Below, in pieces: positions 51,353-62,587 of a stretch of DNA of 64,000 nucleotides. The stretch spans positions 118,360,001-118,424,000 of the forward strand of contig NC_086097.1 in NCBI RefSeq assembly GCF_963921235.1. Reading direction: 5' to 3'. The notes below the pieces were generated by a model. That model was given only the letters and a program-made list of their open reading frames with translations, did no database searches and was not told the DNA's origin. Position numbers and translations under genes: made by a program. Position 1 is the first letter of the stretch; each line of letters starts with the position of its first letter. This DNA is from Mobula hypostoma (lineage: Eukaryota).

Positions 51353-53494
51353 TCAATAACATCGTTCCTCCTGTGTGGCCAGTAAAACTCTTTCATGATT
51401 CCGCCGACTGTTTTCATCCCCCCCAAAATGTCCACCGAGGGGTATCTTGTGGGCCAGGTTAAGAATCTCATCCCCATAAATTTTTGGCACCACCCCCCAT
51501 TCCTCATCTGCGGGCATGGTACTTGGTCTCCATTTCTTCCTTAGTACTCCCTCCTCCACACAATAGCCCACTGGCTCCCTTTTTAATTCTGCTTCAGAGA
51601 GAGCTGTCTCCGTCAAAACTATCAGCTCCTCATCTCGTTCCTGTGCCTGTATAAATTCCTTGCTTGCTAATGATAAATCTACCTTAATTTCCGTGTTACT
51701 ACGCTGCTCCTCACTTTCTAACCCCTTCTGATATAAGGCTGGTAAAAACGTCTCAGCCAATTCTATATTTACTTGGGCAGCCTTTCTGGACACATGCCGA
51801 GTCACTGCGTGAACGGGATAAACCTGTGAGTCCATGGGCGGGGCCTTAATGCTGGCAGGCTGTCTTGTCAATCTTGCTGCTGGGTACACCTCTCCGCCGG
51901 CGAGGTCATTACCGAGTAAGACCTCCACGTCTTTCATTGATAGTTCGGGCCTCACCCTGATCATGACCGGTCCAGAGACCAAGTCGCTTTTTAGGTGTAT
52001 CTGGTGCAAAGGTACTGCTTCAGTCCCTTTCCCAATGCCTTTGATGACCCTGACTTCCCCAGTCTGGGTCTCTGAACTAAAGTCTAACACACTCTTTAAT
52101 ATCAATGACTGACAAGCTCCAGTGTCTCGCCAGAACCGTACTGGAACTGGGTTTAACCCCTCCTTCACCGACACCAATCTGGCCGAGGTAAACCTCTCGC
52201 ACCCTTCCTGAACTTTATCAGACCTCTTCTCCCCCAGCTGTTTGTTTACCAGCTCAATACAGCCAGTTGGAACCGCCTTTTTTCCTTTCCCCGTCTCCTT
52301 CTTTGGGGCAAAGCACCTGGACGCAAAGTGTCCGACTTTCCCACAATTATAGCACACGACCGCAGGGGACTTCCTACCAAACTGCTCCCGGTCTACCTTA
52401 TCCTTCTCGCTAGTCCCCGGCTTACTTACTGACTTTTCTGGTGGACTCTCCCCGCCGTCCTGACTACCCCTCTGGTAGCTTTTACTCGGGGGAAACTTCG
52501 TTTTATGTGTCAACGCGTACTCATCCGCTAACTTAGCAGTTGCGGCTAAGGTGTCTGCCTCTTTCTCATCTAGGTAGGGTCTCATACCTTCAGGGACACA
52601 ACCTTTAAACTGCTCAATCAGGATGAGCTGTAGCAGTCTGTCATAATCCCCATTGACCCCTATCGAGGCGTACCAACGCTTACAATATGTCTGCAGCTCA
52701 CGGGCAAACTCTAAATACGTGCGGCCCCACTGCTTCCTCGCATTCCGGAACCTCTGCCGGTATGCCTCCGGGACCAACTCATAAATTCTGAGTATGGCCT
52801 CTTTCACCACATCATACCTCTGGGCATCTTCTGCAGACAAGGCCGAGTAAGCTTGTTGGGCTTTTCCTTAAAGTACACTCTGAAGTAAAACAGCCCACTT
52901 ATCCCTCGGCCAGTCCTGACTTGCAGCAACTTTTTCAAAATGGAGAAGTACCAATCAACATCGTTCTCATCAAAAAGGGGAACCAGCCTAACCTCCTGGG
53001 TCGCCCTGAACCCTCCACCTTGGTTCGGCATGGGCCCCCGCACTGCTGTCATCTTTAACCTCTCCAGCTCAAATTCCCTTTCCCTCTGTTTCTCCAACTG
53101 CCTCTCTTCTCGCTCCAACTGCCTCTCTCTCTCTCTCTCTCTCTCTCTCCTGTCGTTCTAACTGCTTCTTTCTCTCTTGCCGTTCCAACTGCTTATCTCT
53201 CTCTTTGTGTTCTAGTTGCCTTACCCAGAACTCGTGCTCGAGTATCAATTTTTCAATCTGCACCTGTACTGCGTCTTCACCAGGTTTTCCAATAGATATC
53301 ACCTCCAGCTCCCCTTGGGGAAACACACCTTTAGACACATAATGCTCTATGATAGCTCTGTGCATCTCCTCTCTCCTCATAGTCGACTTCTCCTTAAAAA
53401 GATTCAACCGTTTGGCCACAGCTGCCAATTCTGCTTTCCTGGCATCCTCTAATGCCTCCAAGGTCGGTGCCTTTAGAAATTCCTCAATCTCCAT
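51353..53494 (-). pseudogene. Gag (coiled coil, SCAN-like capsid domain, CCHC knuckle) plus aspartic protease; frameshifted near the 5' end
   Basis: PEAYRQRFR..LILIEQF (SCAN-like), CYNCGKVGHFASRC, RDTGA, LLGNDL; 495-aa open stretch 52840-51353. Confidence 0.88.
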
Positions 53495-53570
53495 TTCTGC
53501 TGTTTGCCTTTTCTTTCTTTCGGGAATTTTAACCCAATCAATTTACCCCATCCCAAATTTAGCGTTCAAA

Positions 53571-53589
53571 ATCGCGGACGAGAACCCCA
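53571..53589 (-). promoter_or_regulatory. Primer-binding site, tRNA-Pro-like
   Basis: Minus strand tggggttctcgtccgcgat next to the 5' LTR; the canonical Pro PBS is TGGGGGCTCGTCCGGGAT. Confidence 0.75.
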
Positions 53590-55952
53590 CTTATGTTACG
53601 TACCCCGTAACTGGGTTGCCAAACCAGCAGAAATGGACCACTTAGTTGGAGTCTGGATTACTGGAACTAAGGAAGTTTTATTAAAGAAATAAGTAACACA
53701 GTACTCTAATAGTAAGGATATAAATGCAACAGGTTAGCAATGAATAAACACACATGTACACAGAACTAAGATAATAGGATCAATCAAGCTCTATCGCAGT
53801 CTAGGGGTAAAATGATCAGTCTCAAGTGACACAGAGTTCAGTTCAGTTTCAGTTCGCAGTAATCGCTGTCGTGCCATTGGGGGGAGAGAGAGAGAGAGAG
53901 AGAGCGAATGCTGATATTCAAATTGGACTCAACAGACCGACCTTTGTTCTTCGCAGTTAGCTATCGGCGTGAGCCCTTTTTAATGTCTTCTGAGGTCACC
54001 GACTGTGACCCCTCCATTCCGGATACAATCATTCTTCTGCGGTGAACCCGGCACCCAGGCAAGGGTGGACACACACACCAGGTTCCCGCCGATCATACCT
54101 TTTCACCCTGTGCATCTATGGTCGGTCCCGCGACCGAACCTCCAAAAACTCCCACCAACTTGTGGGGGGGGGGCACAACGCACTTCCAGGGTCTCGTTAT
54201 CTCGTGGTGTCGTGGTGTGTGTTGCTTGCCTTAGCGAACCTGTTCCTTTTATCACCCTGCTGGGGTATCGCCTGTCCATCAAACTTCAGACAGTTCAAGT
54301 TCAAAGCAACCGGTATGACAATACTCGGAACTGTGTCTCTTTTCTTTAATCTCTCTCATCTCTCATATTAGCATTTTGAATGTTTCCCCATTGTCTCTCT
54401 TATCGGCATCAATCTTCTGATAACTTGGTCTTTTGTCACAATGGTCATGCACTTTGGTGGAAGAAATAAATGGGCAGACTTTTATTTAGATGGGGAGGGA
54501 ATTCAAAATACAGAAATGCAAAGTGACTTGTGATTCCTTCTGCAAGATACCCTAAAGGTTAACCTACAGTTTGAGTAGGTTGTGAAGAAGGTGAATGCAA
54601 TGTTGGCATTCATTTCTAGAGGTATAGAATATAAGAGCAGGGATGTGATGTTGAGGCTCTATAAGGTACTCATGAGACCACACTTGGAACATTGTGTGCA
54701 GTTTTGAGCTCCTTATTTTAGAAAGGATATACTGACATTGGAGAATGTTCAGAGAAGATTCACAAGAATGATTCCAGGAATCAAAGGCTTACCATATGAG
54801 GAACATCTGGCAGCTCTTGGCTTGTACTTCCTGGAGTTCAGGAGAATGAGGGGAGATCTCATAGAAACATTCCAAATGCTAAAAAGCCTGAATAGATTAG
54901 ATATGGCAAAGTTATTTCCCATGGTAGGGGATTCTAGGACAAAAGGGCATGACTTCAGGATTGAGGGACATCCATTTAGAACTGAGATGTAGAGAAATTA
55001 CTTTAGTCGGAGGGTGGTAAATCTGTGGAATTTGTTGCCACGAGCCGCTGTGGAGGCCAAGTCATTGGGTGTATTTAAGGCAGAGATAGATAGGTTCTTG
55101 ATTAGCCAGGGCAATAAGGGTATGGGGTAAAGACAGGGAAGTGGGGATGACTGAAAGAATTGGATCAGCCCATGATTGAATGGTGGAGCAAACTCAATGG
55201 GCTGAATGGCCTACTTCTGTTCCTATATGTTATGGTCTTATGGTCTTACTTTAAATTAATTTTCAGGAGTACCGCTGCAATTGTCCTGACAAGTTGCATT
55301 TCCATCTGGTATGGGAGTAGTTGAGCATCAGACCAGAAGTCCCTATAAAGGACTGTGAGAACAGCTGAGAGGATGTTAGGGATCTCCCTATCATCCATCA
55401 GGGACATTTATCAGGAGCACTGCAAATGTAGGGCCCTTCATATTATTAAGGATCCCACCCATCTATCCTGCATCCTCTTTGACTTTCTACCATCAGGCTG
55501 GAGACTTCGATGCATAAAAACAAAAATGGTCAGGATGAGAAACAGTTTCTTCCTCCAGGCTTTGAGACTTATGAACTTCCTACCACATTGTATTCGAAGT
55601 GTCACTGGTGAATCTCTTCCGTACCTTACAATATTGAATATTAATGCACTTTAGTTTATTATTTACATGCGATTTATCTGTAGATTTTATCTTTACCTTC
55701 AAAAGTTATTGTGTGTTATGTGTACTGCTGTGGTTTACACCCTGATTCAGAGAAATACTGTCTCATTTCTATATACATTCTGTGCTTATATACATTATAT
55801 ACATGTATTTAGCTAAATGACAATAAAATTGACTTCACTTGATTTATTATAGTTTCTCTGGTCCTTGCCTCAGAGGGATCCACCTTTTATTTTTCCCACT
55901 CTATTCCTTTTTACATGATTATTGAAACACTTACAATCTGTTATTAGCACTT

Positions 55953-56284
55953 ACTTACTGCTATTACACCTCTGGCATTTAGGGCAGTAATGAAGGTCCT
56001 CCATCTCTGTCTGTCCATGCCATCAAGCACCGATGTAGAAGGATTCTTCATAGCTGTTCTTGTAACAATTTTTTGAGTAGTCATAGCTGTTAGCCCTGAG
56101 CTGAACCCCGAAACCTGAAGGAATGGTGGACCACTCTTAGGCCTCTACCCTTTAACCTGTTTGGCAAGGATGATCTTACCAAGAGCCAAAGCACTAGGCC
56201 CTGACTCCAGCCAACATAGCTCATCGGGTTACTGAAGCACGAAAGCCTCCAAACCCTATGACAAGGTTGTATTCCACTTGGAGG
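55953..56284 (-). mobile_element. Short non-autonomous RTE-derived retroposon with (AGTA)n tail
   Basis: 13-bp TSD gttattagcactt (55940-55952) / gttattagtactt (56285-56297); 5' part resembles an RTE 5' UTR, 3' part DRQRWRTFITAL resembles an RTE ORF end. Confidence 0.6.
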
Positions 56285-57081
56285 GTTATTAGTACTTCAT
56301 GGTAATTTATCTTCTCCAGGAGTCATTCATTCCTGAGTATTTCCCGCAACGTCTTCATTGTTAAGATATTAGATTTGGTGCAAGTTATCTTCATTTATTT
56401 CTGAGTATTTCCCACAATGTTTTCATTGTTAAAATATTAGATCTGATAAATAATCAGAACAAAACCTGACTAGGTTTCCTGAAAATCAAAGGAGACAAAC
56501 TGCCTGGTGATGTCTGTAATGATGTTGCTTGAAATTACCATTTGTTTGGATAATAGGAAGATCTCCTTCCTATTGAACAAGATGCTGTTATTCCAGATCC
56601 TTGAATAAGAAGACAAACTTCACCAATGATTTTTAATCTTAATTAATTTTGATTTTGCATGAATTTGGGCAAAACCGTACCCTTTTTTACAATTCATCAT
56701 TTTTATTAATCTACTGTAAATTCAATTTTATTCATTATGATATGATTTGAGGTTTCAAGCTAACTCTGAAGTAAAAGTAATCTGATGTCGATTTAAGAGG
56801 AAAAAATAAATTTTTAACAAAATTCGTGTGGAGATTTAAAAAAATAAGGACACAAGTTCCATTTGGTAATATTAACAGGCAAATACACATCCTGACAGGA
56901 AAAAAACAGATCTTTATAGGCAGCATCAATCTACAGTATTTTTTTTTAACAGAATAACACCATGCTTAAAGAACAGACTTGGATGGGCAATTTAAAGGCA
57001 ATAAGCGTTGGTACATAAAAACCAGTAACTATAATCTGAATGCTGCTAGTGTTACATGTTTGCATGTTATTGAGTGAATGT

Positions 57082-57320
57082 GGGCACCACGGTAAGCGTA
57101 GCAGTTAAGGCAACGCTTTTACAGCTCGGGGCATCGGAGTTCAGAATTCAGTTCCAATATCAAATATGAAGAGTCCATACCTCCTCACCATGGAATGCAT
57201 GGTTTACTCTGGGTGCACTGGTTTCCTCCCATGTCCATAGATGCACCCATTAGTAGGTTAATTCATCATTGTAAATTGTCCCGGGATTAGGCTAGGCTTA
57301 ACCGAGGGTTGCTGAGCATC
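57082..57320 (+). mobile_element. HE1/V-SINE-like tRNA SINE
   Basis: tRNA-like head gggcaccacggtaagcgtagcagtta..; V-domain ctgggtgcactggtttcctccca. Confidence 0.7.
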
Positions 57321-57495
57321 GTGCTAGCGTTAATGTACAAGGAGTTTTTGATGGCCCCTTGCCTTTTGACTAAGATGAAGTGTAGTATTGTGGAGGGTGC
57401 TGGAAGTGAGGATGGAAAAGGGGCTTGTCACAATCAAAGGGCTGACAAAAACTTAACCTGCTGACCAATCTATCACCCCTTTCCAGCAATCAAGA

Positions 57496-58170
57496 ATGGC
57501 TGCATCTACCAGCATATCAACTGGAGCACCAGGGATCCCAAACACCGTACAGTGGCAGTAAAGGGTCTTGGTGAGGGATGCCCCTTCAACAGTGACCTCT
57601 TCATGTGGACCAACCTGGTCGATTGCTACAAGTTCGAGGTAAACCACATCTACTGTGTCGAAAGCTTCACTGGTAACGGCTTTCTTGAGTTCATGTTCAA
57701 GTATGCGGCAGGATGGCAAAAGTTCCTGCAGGATTTTCAACAGAAGGAGAATGAGGCACTGCTGAAGGCAGGGTCACCCTTCACCATCCCCACAGAGAAG
57801 GAGCATGTGATCACTGTGCACATGTTCAGCTCACATGTGCCCATTATGGATGTCCTCACCTTCCTCGACTGTTACGTCAAGGGAGCAAGAAGATGTGTGG
57901 ACATCAAAGATGTGTTTGGGATCTGAACAAGCAAGAACCTGGTGAGGGCCAAGCCGAGGGTGGATTCAAATGACTCAATCATGCACCCTCCACCAGTCTT
58001 CATCACTGGAAGGAACAGCAGTCAAACGGTGTATGCTGGTGGACCCAGGCTGTAACGTACTGTCACTGAAACAAGCCTGGTCACGTGCAGTGCAGTGATC
58101 TTCAAGAATTGCAGACGGGAAGGCCACCAGACAAAGGACTGCCAGGAAAACAAATGTTGCAATGCATGAG
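57496..58170 (+). pseudogene. Tx1-type L1 ORF1 (ZCCHC3-like zinc-knuckle protein) relic
   Basis: VITVHMFSSHVPIMDVLTFL..DVFGI*T, HPPPVF, KNCRREGHQTKDC knuckle; stops and frameshifts; cut off by a minus-strand LINE tail at ~58172. Confidence 0.7.
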
Positions 58171-59418
58171 GAGTTCGAAGTTCAAAGTAAATTTATTTAT
58201 CAAGTTACATACAATATATGTTCCCATCTACAACCCCGAAATTCATTTTGCTGCAGGCATTAACAGCAAATCCAAGAAATATAGTGGAATCAATGATAGA
58301 CAGCACCCAACAGGATGGACAAACAACCAATGAGCAAAAGACAACAAACTGTGCAAGTACAAAGAGAAAGAAAAATAAATAAAATAATAGAAGTAGTAAT
58401 AACCCCATCTGTCCCCCATCGGGGGTGTCACCAGGTGGTAGTTTGGAGAAAGCTCAACAGATATGCAGGGCAAGTGGGAAATAAAATACTGCCTACAGAC
58501 CAAAACAGGAGCAAAGCCAGACACGCCTGTACCCAGCTTGGGTGATGTCTCTGGTCATTGTCTGTTCTCTGTGTTAGGGGCGGCTGAAACTAAGACCTGG
58601 TGGTAGGAATAAGAAAGCAATACACTTTTACTTTAGAAATGGAAGGGAGTTTAGGAATAGAGTGTTATGACCACTTCATAGGGACTGTCAGGGTATGCCT
58701 GGGGCAAGCACTGGACATGACAGTAAGCAAACTGCCAGTGGTAGACTGCTGAATAGTTGGGCAGGCACCCAGAAACCCAAAAAAGGCACTGCCTGCATTC
58801 AAAGTAGCCCACTAACGCCACAGGCTGCGGCTGCTGCAGGTGTTTCTCAGGGGAGCACCCACTTACATCTGAGACCACTCAAGCAGTTAAGAGAAGAAAG
58901 ACACACATGAAATGGTCGTTAGAAGAGAACACATTCACAATGTGTCTATATTACCGAGTAACAGAACTTGAGACTGACGTGACAGCACACAGGAACTAAT
59001 TTCATCAACAATTTATAGTGTGATATCCCCTCATACAAGTAAATGCACAACTAGTAGCAGATCAACATAGATTGATAATAAAAAAATAACTTAATCTGTC
59101 ACAAACAAGAGAAAATCTGCAGATGCTGGTGTTATTTAATCCCCATAGATTTGTTAAACCAAATAAAACATGAGTTTGCACAAGAGCTAAAAAGAAACCA
59201 ACCTAAAGACCACAATGTTGTACAAGAAAATAATGAAGATGCCATCACCTGAAGCGCTGATGAAAATAGAATTACTTCAACAACACCTCCACAACCTGAT
59301 GGTAAGAGCAACAACACGGATGAAGAGCCTCCACAGAATGGTATTGATGAAGTTCGGCTTACAGGCAAACTTATCCTAACATTTAACACCACATTAACAG
59401 AATACATGGGCACTGACC

Positions 59419-60296
59419 TGTTACATGCTCAAGGAGATCTGTTTTTTTTTGTGAGAATGATGTAATGGTCTTTTGGAGGTCACCTGATGTGATTTTCTCG
59501 CCGATGTGAGGTCACGTGATGACATGTGCCCCGTGACTATATAAAGGTCGACCCAGGTGACGCAGTGGGTTTTTTAGTTTGTAGATTTCCAGGTAGAACG
59601 TGTTGTGTCTCCGTTTCTGTTGCGTGTTTGGTTTTGTGATGCAGTTTCATTTTTAAAATGAAGTGTTGCGTTCTGTTGCGAGATACCATATTATTGGACT
59701 GGAAATTTTTGATAGATGTGTTGATTTACTCAATTCCAACAGTAGAAGGGAGAGTGAAAAATTTATCGAAGTACAGGAACGAAGGATTGAGAGGAGTCGG
59801 CATCGTTGGTGGCAGTTTAACAAAAGATCGACCTTATTGAGTCTTCGTTGGAGTGGCGACCTGCATCGAGATAACTCTTGCCAAAAGGAGCAAAGAGTAC
59901 ATGCAAAGGTTTGCTCTCTAGAAATTAAGGTCAGTCGTTTTAAACTGTTTAATTACTGCATTTGGAATCCTTTGCGGAACCAGCGGGAAAGTTGCATCTG
60001 TGAAGAAATCCTTCTCCAGAGAAGTCTCTCCCAATTAAACATGTAAATCTGTTGGACTTTCGAAATTATCGCTTTAAGAACTATATTTGACTTTATCGCT
60101 TTAAGAACTGTTTTCGCATTTAACGCTTTAAGAACCAGTGCCGAGTGACGAGGTGTTGAACGGCTGCATATCGGTTAACTTCCGGTTATAGGCTTTGTTT
60201 GTTTTGTTTCTTCTCGTTTACCCAAGTTTAATAAATGTTTGGTTGTTTTTATATAACCTGTCTCGATTGATATTCATTGTTCCCGGTTACGTAACA
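59419..60296 (+). mobile_element. Solo LTR (878 bp)
   Basis: TGTTAC..GTAACA ends; 4-bp TSD GACC (59415-59418 / 60297-60300); TATA box 59538-59545; AATAAA 60230-60235; 3' end tacgtaaca shared with the Gmr1-like LTRs. Confidence 0.9.
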
Positions 60297-61186
60297 GACC
60301 CAACAGAAAGACCCTTCAAACCAAAGTAAGACATGTCATCAAAATTTGCAGAAACTGTTAAAATTCTCAACAATATTATATTATCACAATATTTAGGAAA
60401 GCTTGAAACATTTGAAGAACTACACACAATAACATATTGTGCAACATTGACAGCATTGCAGTGTAACAGCTTCATATTCGAGGCACTCATTGAGAGAAAC
60501 AAAAGATTGGGTAATGACATGAGAAGAACAAAATGGCTGAAGAGATTAAAAAACATAATTGAAACCTTAAGGGCAGGAATAGCTTGCCTAGTGGAATATG
60601 AAATGGATAAATTGAGAAAGAAATTTAAGGAAAAAGCAAAGGAAGTACAAAGGAAATATAAGATCCATACAAGATGCAATCAACCTAACAAAAGCACTGT
60701 AGAATTTATAGATACACTAAAACAAAAGTGTGGTGCATACAAAACCAGACTAAATAGATATATGAAATGTGCCACAAGAGGAAAACAGAATTATCAGTTC
60801 AGCAATGATGAAAAAAGTTTATACAGGACATTGAAATTAAATTTGATGCAACAAAATGTCACCAGACCCAGCAGAGAATTACCAACAAACACAGATATAA
60901 TGAACATTCGGTCTAATATCTGTTCAAACAAGGTGACATAATATTACCAACCAACCAACCAAGAAGAACCACAGATTTCACAATAAATTAAGGTGACTCT
61001 CTAACCCCACTGTGGTTTTGTCCTGTTTAAAACCCAATATCTAATTTGCTGAATTAGATGTAAATAGGGTATCAAGTCAGAAACAACCAAACAAATTATA
61101 TCTTAACACTCCTTCTACACATGGATGATTTGAAATTACATGCTCCTTCATCAGTAAAGCTAAAGCAATTAAGTCAAATAATATAA

Positions 61187-61388
61187 AAACAACAGGAATT
61201 CTGCAGATGCTGGAAATTCAAGCAACACACATCAAAGTTGCTGGTGAACGCAGCAGGCCAGGCAGCATCTCTAGAAAGAGGTACAGTCAACGTTTCAGGC
61301 CGAGACCCTTCGTCAGGACAGGTCTCGGCCTGAAACGTCGACTGTACCTCTTACTAGAGATGCTGCCTGGCCTGCTGCGTTCACCAGC
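61187..61388. mobile_element. Penelope-derived hairpin insertion, opposite orientation to 25492-25713, with a hammerhead motif on the minus strand (~61286-61319)
   Basis: 16-bp TSD aagtcaaataatataa (61171-61186 / 61389-61404); inverted arms; minus strand gtcCTGACGAagggtctcggcctGAAAcgTTgac. Confidence 0.85.
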
Positions 61389-62587
61389 AAGTCAAATAAT
61401 ATAACTATTTTTGAAAGACATGAACATGAACTTTGAACTAGATAAGTGCAGAATATTAAACATAAAGAAAGATGCAATAGAGCTAATAGAAAACAGAGCA
61501 CCAGGACACAATACAATGGATGAATTTGAAATATATATTGACAAACAAAGAAAATCGATCATAATGTCTGAAGGGAAAACTTCTGACAGAATTTACATCA
61601 AGGCTTAAGAAAATCTTCCAAACAAAGTCCAATAATAACAATATAACAAAGGCATTAAACACTTCTGCAACAGCCATATTAACATGTTCTTTTGTTATAA
61701 TATCTGAGTCCAAAACCAGTCTGGAAAGCACACAAAAAAAGAACTGAAATGGCAAGTTTTAGAAAACACAATGTATATTTAATGCACTCAGATTAACTCT
61801 ATCAAGGACAGAAGGAGGAAGAGGAATAACAGACATAAAAAATTTACACAACTGTCAGATAAAACTTTGAGGATATACTTTCATCAATGAAAACAGAATT
61901 CAGCACTTCATACTAGCATATGTAATTCTGTTAAGAGGTACACACCACTAAACTTACATGAAAGCAAAACCCAGAAAAATGAAGAAATGATCACAATAGA
62001 AGAAAAAGTTAACCATTGGAAGAGCATAACCCTCCATGGAGGACATCTCTATGATCTGAGCAGACTAGATGTTGATAAGCAAATGTCAAATGCTTGAGCA
62101 GAAATAGAGGGCTTCCTTGTGGCAAAACAGGACCAGGTGGTAAACACACAAAAAAAATCAAAATTACATAATAAAAGACCAAAAAATTAAACATGATGAA
62201 TGCAGAAAATGCCAAGAGAGAACAGAAACAATCCAACACATTATAGGATCCTGCAGCAGTTTACACAATCTGATTACTCACACTGGCACAATTAAGTGGC
62301 AAACATCATTCACCAAAACCATGCTTTAAAATACGAAGTCATAAAACACACCATACCTTACTATAAATACAAGCCTGATCCAGTTTTAGAGGCAGAGTCC
62401 TACAAATGTTATTATGACAGACCAGATCATCCATAATAACTGTCCTAATATAATATGATAGGATACAAGCAAGAACAACTTACTTAATAGAAATGGCCAT
62501 TCTAAATATACATAGCTTACAGAAATCAATAAGTGAAAAACACCAAAAATATGCTGAATTAAACAAGGAAATTGAAAGACTATGGAA

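Larger units (their letters stand above)
49470..54440 (-). mobile_element. Gmr1-like Gypsy LTR retrotransposon with both LTRs and a deleted pol
   Basis: LTRs 53594-54440 (5') and 49470-50322 (3'), TG..CA; 4-bp TSD ATGG; PPT agtggggg; domain order gag-PR-IN-RT-RH. Confidence 0.93.
42965..55248 (+). mobile_element. Near full-length CR1 LINE (ORF1 zinc finger/leucine zipper and SGNH esterase; ORF2 APE-RT), degraded, with three nested insertions
   Basis: ORF1 CCGCQMW..HICASC, VIGDFIVRG, VGTNDIG; APE LYLNART, ICETWL; RT continues across the inserts (46723/49391 and 49469/54441); (TTATGGTC)n tail ends 55248. Confidence 0.9.
42527..55842 (+). mobile_element. Rex1/Babar LINE relic split into 42527-~42964 and 55249-55842 by the large CR1 nest
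   Basis: STGAPQGC, KLADVTTMVGLI on the left; RTAERMLG..IIKDPTH on the right; AATAAA plus (ACTTG)n-like tail at ~55822-55842. Confidence 0.7.

Noticed and set aside
57082..57160. tRNA gene
   Set aside because: Degenerate tRNA-derived SINE head followed by a V-SINE body
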